Below are positions 1 through 7,707 of a stretch of DNA of 64,000 bases, piece by piece (positions within the stretch are counted from its first letter, which is position 1; each line of letters opens with the position of its first letter). The notes beneath the pieces were generated by a model that searched no databases, was not told the DNA's origin, and saw only the letters and a program-made list of their open reading frames with translations. The position numbers and the translations under genes are program-made. The DNA is from Burkholderiales bacterium (lineage in GTDB: Bacteria > Pseudomonadota > Gammaproteobacteria > Burkholderiales > JACQAP01): assembly GCA_035549715.1 (NCBI GenBank), contig DASZQJ010000096.1, forward strand, positions 5,006 through 69,005, read 5' to 3'.

Positions 1-2
1 TC

Positions 3-431
3 GAGTACTACTCCGCCACGCAGCGCAACGCCCAGATCGAGGCCCTGCGCCGCCTCCACCGGGAGGCGTGCGCGCATGCGCGCACGCCGCGCGCCGCGGG
101 CGAAGGCCCGTTCGCGCCGCGTCCGCGTCCGGCTGCCGCCATTTTCACCGGGGACTTCAACCTCGGACCCGGCAGCGCCGGCCACGCGCGCATGTGCGCC
201 GGCTTCGAGGACGGCACCGCGCCCCTGCGCGACGCCTGGGAGGTGGCGCATCCCGGCCGCCCCCACGCGCCGACGGTCGGGATCCACGAGAACAGTTTCT
301 CCGACCGGCCGGACTGCTTCGATTTCATCTTCCTGACGCCGGACCTTGCCTGCCGCGTGAGCGAGGTCGCGGTCGACGGCGGGACGCGCGCCTCCGACCA
401 CCAGCCGGTGCTCCTGGCGCTGCGCGACTGA
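3..431 (+). CDS. Endonuclease/exonuclease/phosphatase (EEP) family protein, 5' end outside window
   Basis: Frame 3 is open from base 3 to TGA at 429-431. The translation contains FTGDFNL and a C-terminal SDHQPVLLAL, which match the conserved EEP catalytic motifs. Confidence 0.7.
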   Translation, partial: EYYSATQRNAQIEALRRLHREACAHARTPRAAGEGPFAPRPRPAAAIFTGDFNLGPGSAGHARMCAGFEDGTAPLRDAWEVAHPGRPHAPTVGIHENSFSDRPDCFDFIFLTPDLACRVSEVAVDGGTRASDHQPVLLALRD

Positions 432-440
432 AGGGCGGAA

Positions 441-851
441 CTAGCGCTGGCCGGAGAGCCAGCGGTCCATGACCTGCACGGGGGCCAGGGTCAGGCCGCG
501 CCTGGCCAGCGCCGCCTCGAGCGGCCCGAGGATCGCGGGAAGGGAAATCCGCGAGGGATCGAAGGCGAGCGCCACGGCAGCGGGCTCGACGGACACGCGC
601 ACGCTGCCCTTGTCGACGCCCCGCAGGGATTCGGCCGTGGTGACCACCGTCCGCTTCGTGACTTCCCCGGAGGTCACCGGGCCCTGCAGCGCGAAGAATG
701 CGACCTTGTGGCGGCGCTCCAGCGCCTCCTTGACGACGGCGTGGTCATACACGGCCGCGACCCTGTCCTCGATGCAATGGCCGCACGCCGCCACCCATGC
801 CGCATGCGCGGCAAGGGCCAGGGCGCCGGCGCCGAGCGCAATGGCCTTCAA
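441..851 (-). CDS. Small membrane-anchored protein with CGHC (CxxC) motif, function unknown
   Basis: The C-terminal part of ORF 441..1127 does not overlap nirK. An in-frame TTG at 851-849 overlaps the nirK TGA (850-848). The N-terminus is hydrophobic (LKAIALGAGALALAAHAAWVAA), followed by CGHC and a ~100-aa soluble domain. Start codon is inferred. Confidence 0.5.
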   Translation of the reverse strand: MKAIALGAGALALAAHAAWVAACGHCIEDRVAAVYDHAVVKEALERRHKVAFFALQGPVTSGEVTKRTVVTTAESLRGVDKGSVRVSVEPAAVALAFDPSRISLPAILGPLEAALARRGLTLAPVQVMDRWLSGQR

Positions 852-2290
852 TGCGCGCCCTCTGAATGGACGGCGCCGGGCGCCTGGGCGTCGATCCAGT
901 GGAAATACCGGATGTAGCCCGAAATCTCCCTGTCGCTCAGGCTCTGGTTCGGCATCGGGATATTGTTGTACTTCCTGAGCATCGCCTTGGCATCGGCGTC
1001 GGACTGCAGCATTTTCTCCGGGTCCTTCAGCCAGCGGGCCAGCCATGCATCGCTGCGCCGGCGCGTGACGCCCGCAAGGTCCGGCCCCAGCTTGTCGCCC
1101 TTGCCGACCGAGTGGCAGGCGAGGCATTTGCTCTCGAAGTCCAGCTTCGCCTGGACGGTCTCGGGATCCCTGGGCGTGGCCGTCGCGGGGATGTTGTGGT
1201 GCTCGATGTCGGCGGGCCGGGCCTGGACCTCGGTGGAAATCAGGCCGATGGCGCCCTGCGAAGCATTGGCGAAATGGTGATCCACCATGATGTACGAGCC
1301 CGCCTCCGGGATCACGAACTCCACGATCGCGCTGTTCGAGGACCCGAGCAGCACCGTCTGCATGCCGCGAAACTGGTTGTCCGGGTTTCCCTCGAACCAG
1401 ACCCTGTCGAATATCGTGCCGACGACGTGGAAGCTCGACGTCTTGCTGGGCCCCACATTGAGCACGTACAGCCGGACCCGCTCGCCGGGCTTGGCCGCCA
1501 GCGGCTGCCGGACCATGCCGTTGTGCACGCCGTTGAAGACGATGTGCGTGGGCTGCGATGCGCGCAGGCGGTCGCCGTCGAGGACGTAAAGCGGCGAACC
1601 CTCCACTTTGCGCCCGGCCGGATCGGGCTTGGCGTAGAACTCGCTCTGCACGACGACGTACTCGCGGTCGACCTTCGTGGGATAGCCGTCGCGGGGCTCG
1701 ACGACCACGGTCCCGTACATCCCCGAGGCGATGTGTTCGAGGATCATGGGGGTGCCGCAGTGGTACATGAACACGCCGGGATAGTTGGGCGTGAACTCGA
1801 ACTCGATGGTCTGCCCCGGGGCGATGGAACGGTACTTATCCTGGGGCGACACCATGGCCGCGTGGAAATCCATCGAGTGCATCATGGGTGCGGCCGTCAG
1901 CTGCACTCCCGGCACCGGTTCATCGCTGCGATTGGTCATGCTGAACCGGACCTTGTCGCCCACCCGCATGCGCACCGTCGGGCCGGGCACCTGGTCGCCG
2001 AAGGTCCAGCCGCTGAATTTCACGCCGGGCGCGATCTCGATGATCTTGTGGGTGGTGTCGAGGCGCACGGTCTTGACCGCGGACCCGTCCAGCGGCTTGA
2101 GTTCCGCGGTCATGCTGAGTGCGCCGCCCTCGGCGAACGCCCCCTGGTGCCGCTCGTTGGAGACCTTCGCCGGCGCCGGCTTCAGGTCCATCCTGGACGG
2201 ATCGTAGGGATCCCCCCGATCGCAGGATGCCAGCGCAAGGCAAAGGGACGCGCTGGTCAAGAGGAATGCGAATCGCGTTTCGACGGCCAT
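848..2290 (-). CDS. nirK: Copper-containing nitrite reductase NirK with C-terminal cytochrome c domain (lipoprotein-type signal)
   Basis: 480-aa ORF with lipobox LALASC and cupredoxin copper-ligand stretches HSMDFHAA and HCGTPMILEHIASGMYG. C-terminal CLACH haem-c motif. GGAGGA Shine-Dalgarno 6 nt upstream of the ATG. Confidence 0.9.
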   Translation of the reverse strand: MAVETRFAFLLTSASLCLALASCDRGDPYDPSRMDLKPAPAKVSNERHQGAFAEGGALSMTAELKPLDGSAVKTVRLDTTHKIIEIAPGVKFSGWTFGDQVPGPTVRMRVGDKVRFSMTNRSDEPVPGVQLTAAPMMHSMDFHAAMVSPQDKYRSIAPGQTIEFEFTPNYPGVFMYHCGTPMILEHIASGMYGTVVVEPRDGYPTKVDREYVVVQSEFYAKPDPAGRKVEGSPLYVLDGDRLRASQPTHIVFNGVHNGMVRQPLAAKPGERVRLYVLNVGPSKTSSFHVVGTIFDRVWFEGNPDNQFRGMQTVLLGSSNSAIVEFVIPEAGSYIMVDHHFANASQGAIGLISTEVQARPADIEHHNIPATATPRDPETVQAKLDFESKCLACHSVGKGDKLGPDLAGVTRRRSDAWLARWLKDPEKMLQSDADAKAMLRKYNNIPMPNQSLSDREISGYIRYFHWIDAQAPGAVHSEGAH

Positions 2291-2505
2291 GAACCCTCCT
2301 CCGATGCTGCCCGCCGGCGGTGCCCACGGCCTCCGCCGGACAGGTCAGATGTCTCACTTATTCCCTGAGCATATCCGAACTCGGGCGCCCCCGCATGGGC
2401 CGCGCGTCCGGTGGCGGGTCCGCGCAAGGCTCCCGCGGCGTGGCGATGCGCATGGCGCCCTTGCTCCCCTGCCCGTGGCGCGGGCCGGGTCGACGGCCTG
2501 CCCGG

Positions 2506-3036
2506 TCAACCGTCGAGCGGCTGCGCGGGCGTCGCCAGGACGAGCTGGTAGAACGCAAGGTCCAGCCAGCGGCCGAACTTGAAGCCGGCATGCCGGATCG
2601 TGCCGGCGTGCTCGAAGCCCAGTTTCTCGTGCAGCGCGACGCTTGCCCGGTTGGACTGGTCGATGCCGCCGACCATCACGTGGAAGTCCTGCTTTTCCGC
2701 GAGCGTGATGAGCCGCTGCATCAGGGCGGTCCCCAGGCCTTCGCCGCGGTGCCGGTGGTGGACGTAGACCGAATGCTCGACGGTGTACTTGTAAGCGGGC
2801 CGGTCGCGAAAGCGGCCGTAGGTGGCGAAGCCGGCCAGTTCGCCCTCCGGACCCTCCGCGCCGATCACCGGATAGCGGCCGGCCTCCCTGGCCTGGAACC
2901 AGTCCGCCATGGAGTCCATGGTGCGGGGGCGATAGTCATACAGCGCCGTGGAGTGGAGGATCGCCTCGTTGAGGATGTCGAGGATCGCCGCGCCGTGTCG
3001 CTCGTACGTGCAGGAGACGATGTTGCAGGGCGCCAT
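2506..3036 (-). CDS. GNAT family N-acetyltransferase (phosphinothricin/methionine-sulfoximine acetyltransferase-like)
   Basis: Internal ATG at 3036 gives a 176-aa protein, MAPCNIVSCTYERHGAAILDILNEAI...HRHRGEGLGTALMQRL...VALHEKLGFEHAG, which is a typical GNAT acetyl-CoA binding core. The upstream part of the track ORF is Arg/Pro-rich junk. Confidence 0.85.
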   Translation of the reverse strand: MAPCNIVSCTYERHGAAILDILNEAILHSTALYDYRPRTMDSMADWFQAREAGRYPVIGAEGPEGELAGFATYGRFRDRPAYKYTVEHSVYVHHRHRGEGLGTALMQRLITLAEKQDFHVMVGGIDQSNRASVALHEKLGFEHAGTIRHAGFKFGRWLDLAFYQLVLATPAQPLDG

Positions 3037-3070
3037 GGCGGGCGCCTGGCCGGCCGGCGGCGCAGCGCGC

Positions 3071-3478
3071 TCATGCGCCATCCTGCCCTGCCAGCACGTG
3101 GTCGATCGTCTTCTGGAGGACCGTGTGCCAGGCCGCCGCCAGTTCGTCCCCGAACGCCGGGTCGAACTCCTCGATGGCGCGCAGGAAAGCGGCCTTCCAG
3201 AACGGATACAAGCGCGGCGGCACGCCCATCCGGCCGGGGGCATGCGACGCGCGGATGCGCTCGATGCCGATCCTGCCGATCGGATTGCCGGCGGCGAACA
3301 GGATGGCGAGGCTGATGCTCTGCTCCAGCAGGCGCTTCTGCGCCGGGAAGTCGGTGCGCTCGAACCAGGGCGCGATCTCGGGGTCGCTCGCCATGAACAG
3401 GTCGTAGAAGCGCTGGATCACGTCGCCCCTGCGCAGGCAGCGCTCGAAGCTCTGGGTGACCGCCGAGTAATCCGTCAT
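3071..3478 (-). CDS. Single-domain globin family protein
   Basis: 135 aa. The pattern RFYDLF...PWF...QKRLLEQSISLAI...IRASH...GV.P..YP.W resembles bacterial haemoglobin helices B to G, with a candidate proximal His in RASH. Confidence 0.65.
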   Translation of the reverse strand: MTDYSAVTQSFERCLRRGDVIQRFYDLFMASDPEIAPWFERTDFPAQKRLLEQSISLAILFAAGNPIGRIGIERIRASHAPGRMGVPPRLYPFWKAAFLRAIEEFDPAFGDELAAAWHTVLQKTIDHVLAGQDGA

Positions 3479-3523
3479 GGGCGCCCGGGTCGTGGCTGGT
3501 GAGTCAGGACTGCAGGAATCCCC

Positions 3524-4381
3524 TCAGCCGGCCGCCTCCTCGGACTCGCCGGACCTGACCAGGTAGCCCCCCGACTTCTCGTCGTGCTCCAGGCGCAGCA
3601 GCCCGCGGATGGCCGCCTCCTCGAGCAGGGAATTGAAGCTGCGAAAGCCGTGGTAGGTCTCGTTGAAGCCCGGGTTGCGGCGCTTGAGCGCCTGCTTGAT
3701 CATCGAGCCCCAGATCTTCTCCTCCCCGCCCCGCTCCGCGTTCAGTGCATCGAAGGTATTGACCACGAGGTCGAGCGCCTTTTGCGCCTTGTCGTCCGAC
3801 ATCGCGCCGTCCTCCGCCTCCACGGGCTCGGCCGCCGGGGCCCGCGCCGCGGCGGCCGGCCGGGAAGCCTTGCGCGCCCGCGGCGGCCGCTTCGGCGGCG
3901 GCGCCTTGCGCACCAGGTCGTCGTAGAAGATGAACTCGTCGCAGTTGGCGATCAGGAGGTCCGACGTGGAGTGCTTCACGCCCACGCCGATCACCTGCTT
4001 GTTGTTCTCGCGCAGCTTGGACACCAGGGGCGAGAAATCCGAATCCCCGCTGAGGATGACGAAGGTATCCACGTGCTCCTTGGTGTAGCACAGGTCCAGC
4101 GCATCCACGACCATGCGGATGTCGGCCGAGTTCTTGCCGGACTGGCGCACGTGCGGGATCTCGATCATCTCGAAGGCCGCCTCGTGCATCGGCGCCTTGA
4201 ACTCCTTGTAGCGCTCCCAGTCGCAGTAGGCCTTCTTGACGACGATGCTGCCCTTCACCAGCAGGCGCTCGAGCACCTTTTTCATGTCGAAGCGGTCGTA
4301 CTTCGCCTCGCGCACGCCCAGGGCGAGGTTTTCGAAGTCGCAAAACACCGCCATGCTGCGGGTATCGGTGGGATTGGGCAT
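3524..4381 (-). CDS. NYN (LabA-like) domain protein with C-terminal OST-HTH/LOTUS-like domain
   Basis: 285 aa. The N-terminal sequence AVFCDFENL...ADIRMVVDALDL...DTFVILSGDSDFSPLVSKLRENNKQVIGVG is the LabA/NYN core. An Ala/Pro/Arg linker leads to a helical C-terminal domain. Confidence 0.8.
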   Translation of the reverse strand: MPNPTDTRSMAVFCDFENLALGVREAKYDRFDMKKVLERLLVKGSIVVKKAYCDWERYKEFKAPMHEAAFEMIEIPHVRQSGKNSADIRMVVDALDLCYTKEHVDTFVILSGDSDFSPLVSKLRENNKQVIGVGVKHSTSDLLIANCDEFIFYDDLVRKAPPPKRPPRARKASRPAAAARAPAAEPVEAEDGAMSDDKAQKALDLVVNTFDALNAERGGEEKIWGSMIKQALKRRNPGFNETYHGFRSFNSLLEEAAIRGLLRLEHDEKSGGYLVRSGESEEAAG

Positions 4382-4403
4382 TGGGTTCCTTGATGGGCCA
4401 GGG

Positions 4404-4452
4404 GCTGGGGGCTAGAGGCTAGAGGCTAGAGGCTAGAGGCTAGAGGCCAGGG
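4404..4452. repeat. Heptanucleotide tandem array (GCTAGAG)x5 with degenerate flanking units GCTGGGG and GCCAGGG
   Basis: Read directly: gctgggg gctagag x5 gccaggg, with exact period 7. Lies in the intergenic region between the ltaE stop and the NYN gene start. Confidence 0.95.
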
Positions 4453-4460
4453 AAGTGTAC

Positions 4461-4502
4461 TTGTCACTTGTCACTTGTCACTCGTCACTGGTCACTCATC
4501 AC
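4461..4502. repeat. Second heptanucleotide tandem array (TTGTCAC)x3 then TCGTCAC, TGGTCAC, TCATCAC
   Basis: Read directly, period 7, and separated from the first array by 8 nt (aagtgtac). Not complementary to the first array. Confidence 0.95.
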
Positions 4503-4507
4503 GTCCC

Positions 4508-5533
4508 TCAGGCCGCCTTGGCGGTGCTGGAGAAAAAATCCTTGACCGCGCCGACGAAGCGGTCGACGTCCTGGCGGTCGACGTCGAGGTGGGTGACGAG
4601 GCGGATGCTGCCCTGGCCGCTGATCAGGATGCCGCGCTCCTTGAGGAATTCGCGCATGCGGGCCGAGCGTTGGGGCTCCACGTTCATGTAGACCATGTTG
4701 GTCTGCGCCGGGTTGACGCTGACGCCGTCGATGCCGGACAGCCCCGCGGCCAGCGCCTTCGCGTTCTCGTGGTCGCCCGCCAGGCGCTCGACGTTGTTCT
4801 CCAGCGCGTAGATGCCGGCCGCCGCGAGCAGGCCCGCCTGGCGCATGCCGCCGCCGACGACCTTGCGCCAGCGGCGGGCCCTGGCGATCAGGTCCCGGGC
4901 GCCGCACAGCACCGAGCCCACCGGCGCGCCCAGTCCCTTCGAAAGGCACACCGATACCGAGTCGAAGTGCTTGCTGATCTCGGTCACCGGCACGCCGAGG
5001 TGCACGGCGGCGTTGAAGATCCGCGCCCCGTCCAGGTGCAATCCCAGGCCGCGCGAGCGCGTGAACCGGTGCGCCCGCTCCAGGTAGTCGAGCGACAGGA
5101 CCTTGCCCGCCTGGGTGTTCTCCAGGCACAGCAGCCGCGTCACCGCGAAATGCGGGTCGTCCGGCTTGATGGCACCCTCCACCCGCGCCAAGTCGAGCGA
5201 GCCGTCCGCCTCGTAGTCGAGCGGCTGCGGCTGGATGCTGCCCAGTACCGCGGCGCCGCCGCCTTCGTACTTGTACGTGTGGCCCTGCTGGCCGACGATG
5301 TACTCGTCGCCGCGCTCGCAATGCGACAGCAGGGCGAGCAGGTTGCTCTGCGTGCCGCTGCAGACGTAGATGGCCGCTTCCTTGCCCAGCTTTTGCGCGG
5401 CGAGCGCCTCGAGGCGGTTGACGGTGGGATCCTCGCCATAGACGTCGTCACCCACCTCGGCGGCCGCCATCGCGGCGCGCATGGCTTCGCTGGGCTTGGT
5501 GACGGTGTCGCTGCGCAGGTCGATGACTTTCAT
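4508..5533 (-). CDS. ltaE: Low-specificity L-threonine aldolase
   Basis: 341 aa. MKVIDLRSDTVTKPSEAMRAAMAAAEVGDDVYGEDPTVNRLE is the canonical threonine aldolase N-terminus, and the PLP lysine context is SVCLSKGLGAPVGS. Confidence 0.9.
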   Translation of the reverse strand: MKVIDLRSDTVTKPSEAMRAAMAAAEVGDDVYGEDPTVNRLEALAAQKLGKEAAIYVCSGTQSNLLALLSHCERGDEYIVGQQGHTYKYEGGGAAVLGSIQPQPLDYEADGSLDLARVEGAIKPDDPHFAVTRLLCLENTQAGKVLSLDYLERAHRFTRSRGLGLHLDGARIFNAAVHLGVPVTEISKHFDSVSVCLSKGLGAPVGSVLCGARDLIARARRWRKVVGGGMRQAGLLAAAGIYALENNVERLAGDHENAKALAAGLSGIDGVSVNPAQTNMVYMNVEPQRSARMREFLKERGILISGQGSIRLVTHLDVDRQDVDRFVGAVKDFFSSTAKAA

Positions 5534-5704
5534 GATTCGATCCCCCTGGGGGCTGGCTCCGGAAACGGACCACGGCGCACATGCGCCACGGGCTGGTCCA
5601 GCGCGATGTTACACCACCCGTTCCCCGCCGCGTTTGCGGGGGGCCGTCCGGGGCGTTATGCTGGGAACCTGCGCGGCAAGTCATCGCCGCGACCCGGGAA
5701 ACGA

Positions 5705-6028
5705 ATGCGCGCTCGGCTGTCGGGCGTCCTGGCCGGGTGGCTGTGCCTCGCCCTGGCGGATTCCGTCGCCGCGGCCCAGGGCACCGTCATCTGGAAAAAC
5801 CAGGACTGCTCCTATTTCATCCTCCAGACCCCGAAGGGCTACACCCTGTTCGAGTGGGAGTCCGGCGCCGCGCCGCAGGATGGCGACGTGCTGGACGGCG
5901 AGCTCAACGCGCGCGGCTCGGTGCAGCTGCACAACCGCACGGCGGACATGCCCTTGACGGCCTACGCCGCCGCCCGGTCGACGAGAAAAAGCGACATCGA
6001 AAAACACGTCCCGTCACGCTGCCGCTAG
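5705..6028 (+). CDS. Small secreted protein, unknown family (paralog 1 of tandem pair)
   Basis: ATG at 5705 gives 107 aa with signal peptide MRARLSGVLAGWLCLALADSVAAAQG. The mature part aligns with the next gene (GT[VL]IW..D.C.[YF]F[IV]L ... KIP..CR). The long track ORF 4475..6028 is otherwise antisense to ltaE. Confidence 0.6.
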   Translation: MRARLSGVLAGWLCLALADSVAAAQGTVIWKNQDCSYFILQTPKGYTLFEWESGAAPQDGDVLDGELNARGSVQLHNRTADMPLTAYAAARSTRKSDIEKHVPSRCR

Positions 6029-6065
6029 GGCCGCGGGCAACGGGGTGATGACAAGAGGAGCTGGA

Positions 6066-6443
6066 ATGTTTGCACGCCGTATGCTGGCGGCCCTGTTCGC
6101 GGCCGCGATCCATGCCTGTCCGGCCATTGCCGCCGACACGGCCGCCGCCGAGAAAGGCACCCTCATCTGGCGGGACGACACCTGCTTTTTCTTCGTGCTC
6201 AAGTTCGATGGCGGCACCGGCTTCGGGCTCTACGAATTCCTCGGCGGCCCGAGCCCGATGGTGGGACATGCCTTCGAGGGAAACCTCAGGACCTTCGGCA
6301 CCCGCAAGATCATGAACGCGACGGAAAACAAGCCCACCATGGCCTACTCCGAGACGTTCACCGACACCAAGGCGCAAATGGAAAGGAAGATCCCGCGCCA
6401 GTGCCGCAAGAAAAAGTCGTTCGAGGAACTCAGCGTCGATTGA
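6066..6443 (+). CDS. Small secreted protein, unknown family (paralog 2 of tandem pair)
   Basis: ATG at 6066 is preceded by AGGAG at 5-nt spacing. Signal peptide MFARRMLAALFAAAIHACPAIAAD. Homologous to the 5705..6028 product, including two conserved Cys. Confidence 0.6.
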   Translation: MFARRMLAALFAAAIHACPAIAADTAAAEKGTLIWRDDTCFFFVLKFDGGTGFGLYEFLGGPSPMVGHAFEGNLRTFGTRKIMNATENKPTMAYSETFTDTKAQMERKIPRQCRKKKSFEELSVD

Positions 6444-7151
6444 TCAGGGCGGCAGGCGCTCCAGCAGCGCCAGCAGCGTCGCGGTGCGCAGGCTGTCGGG
6501 GTGGCTCGCCCGGTAGTCCCCGGCAAGCGCCCTCGCCTTGCGCGCGTAGCCCGCGCGCGCGCCGCCGCTGGCCGCCAGCGCGGCCTGCATGTAGTGGATG
6601 GCGACGATGAAGCGGGCCTCCTCGTTGCCCGAATGGTGCGGATGCCGCCGCAGGTAATCCTCGCCCAGGCGGATCTGTTCCCCGATCTGCCCGGCCGCCA
6701 GCCCCTCGGGTTGCAGGGGGTCCTCCGAGAAGGCATCCCAGAATCCGCCCTGCAGCAACCGGAACGACGCTTCGGCGTGGGTCGCTTCGTCGTGGGGAAG
6801 CCGCAATGCCTCGCGGTAGTAGGCCAGGTTGGCGGTGAAACGATTGCGCGACGCGGACCAGGCCAGGGCATCGCCGCGCGCCCGCAACTCGCCCATCAGG
6901 AAATTCGACGGCAGGCCCTGGACCTTGCCATGGGCCTCGATGTCGCGATTGAACAGGTCGCGGATCCCGTCGAGCATCTGCCCGAGTTCGACGCTGGCCG
7001 CAGCCCTGGCCTGGCCGCTGCCCTGCGAGGCCGCCTGGCGCAATTGCTGCTGCCTGGCGAGGTAGCCCTGCGCCGCCTCGGCCGTCACGAGGTCGTGCGC
7101 CGCCGCGGGTACGGCCAGCAGCAGCCCCGCCAGCCACGCCCCGCCCTTCAT
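6444..7151 (-). CDS. Exported helical protein of unknown function
   Basis: ATG at 7151 overlaps the upstream gene's TGA (ATGA). Signal peptide MKGGAWLAGLLLAVPAAAHD. The remainder is Ala/Leu/Arg-rich and helical, with no motif I recognise. Confidence 0.55.
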   Translation of the reverse strand: MKGGAWLAGLLLAVPAAAHDLVTAEAAQGYLARQQQLRQAASQGSGQARAAASVELGQMLDGIRDLFNRDIEAHGKVQGLPSNFLMGELRARGDALAWSASRNRFTANLAYYREALRLPHDEATHAEASFRLLQGGFWDAFSEDPLQPEGLAAGQIGEQIRLGEDYLRRHPHHSGNEEARFIVAIHYMQAALAASGGARAGYARKARALAGDYRASHPDSLRTATLLALLERLPP

Positions 7152-7702
7152 TGCGGCGGCTCGACCACCTCGCCGCGGGCAAAGGCGGCCGCGCCGGGAT
7201 GCACGGGAAGCTCGCCCGGTTCGGCGACCCGGATGCCGAGCGCCGCGCCATGCGCCATCAGGGTCGCGACGATGAGATAGCCGTGGTGCAGCGGAACGTC
7301 CTCGCGGCACACCAGGCCGTGCGCCTCGGTCCGCACCATCGCCTGCAGCGCAAACGGTCCGTGGTCGGCGAACGGCGGCTCGCCGCGCGCGAGCGCGACG
7401 GCCGTGCCGTGCTCCAGGACGGCGATGTTCGCCTGGTCGGTGGTCATCAGGCTTGCGATGCGCTGCAGGTCGATGGCCCGGCTCACCATCGCCCGGCTCT
7501 CGGGCAGCTCTTGCAGCAGGACCTCGGCGAACCGGTCCCCGAGGGCGTCGCCCCGGGGATCGGTCCGGCTGGTGGTGATGAGCAGGTGGCGCTGGCGAAA
7601 CACCCGCCACTGCCGGTAGGGCGTGTGCGCGGTCGCGGGCGGCGCCGCGCCGAGCAGGGGCGCGGCCAGCGCCGACGCCAGCAGGAAGCGGCGACGGTCC
7701 AT
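7148..7702 (-). CDS. Exported (Tat-like signal) small periplasmic-binding-protein-like protein, unknown function
   Basis: ATG at 7702 gives 184 aa with MDRRRFLLASALAAPLLGAAPPATA. The body loosely resembles TAXI/phosphonate-type solute-binding proteins, a resemblance judged by eye only. Starts 6 nt after the amidase stop. Confidence 0.5.
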   Translation of the reverse strand: MDRRRFLLASALAAPLLGAAPPATAHTPYRQWRVFRQRHLLITTSRTDPRGDALGDRFAEVLLQELPESRAMVSRAIDLQRIASLMTTDQANIAVLEHGTAVALARGEPPFADHGPFALQAMVRTEAHGLVCREDVPLHHGYLIVATLMAHGAALGIRVAEPGELPVHPGAAAFARGEVVEPPQ

Positions 7703-7707
7703 GCGGC

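Noticed and set aside
866-2368. 500-aa + strand ORF covering the nirK locus
   Set aside because: It is antisense to a gene with unmistakable NirK copper and haem motifs. The translation is Arg/Gly/Pro/His-rich with no domain logic, which is typical of high-GC antisense open frames.
2291-2420. FNR/Dnr/NnrR (TTGAT-N4-ATCAA, TTGCG-N4-CGCAA) or NsrR operator upstream of nirK
   Set aside because: I read both strands and found no convincing match. The closest is TGAGACATCTGA, which fits none of the consensus half-sites. Only the GGAGGA Shine-Dalgarno is clear.
4404-4502. Possible CRISPR array (also at 16811-16882 and 17832-17959)
   Set aside because: The repeat period is 7 nt, with no unique spacers and no cas genes. 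These are microsatellite-like tandem arrays or hairpins, not CRISPR.
4475-5704. N-terminal 410 codons of the 517-aa + strand ORF 4475..6028
   Set aside because: This part is antisense to ltaE. Only the segment from ATG 5705, which begins with a signal peptide and has a paralog next door, looks real.
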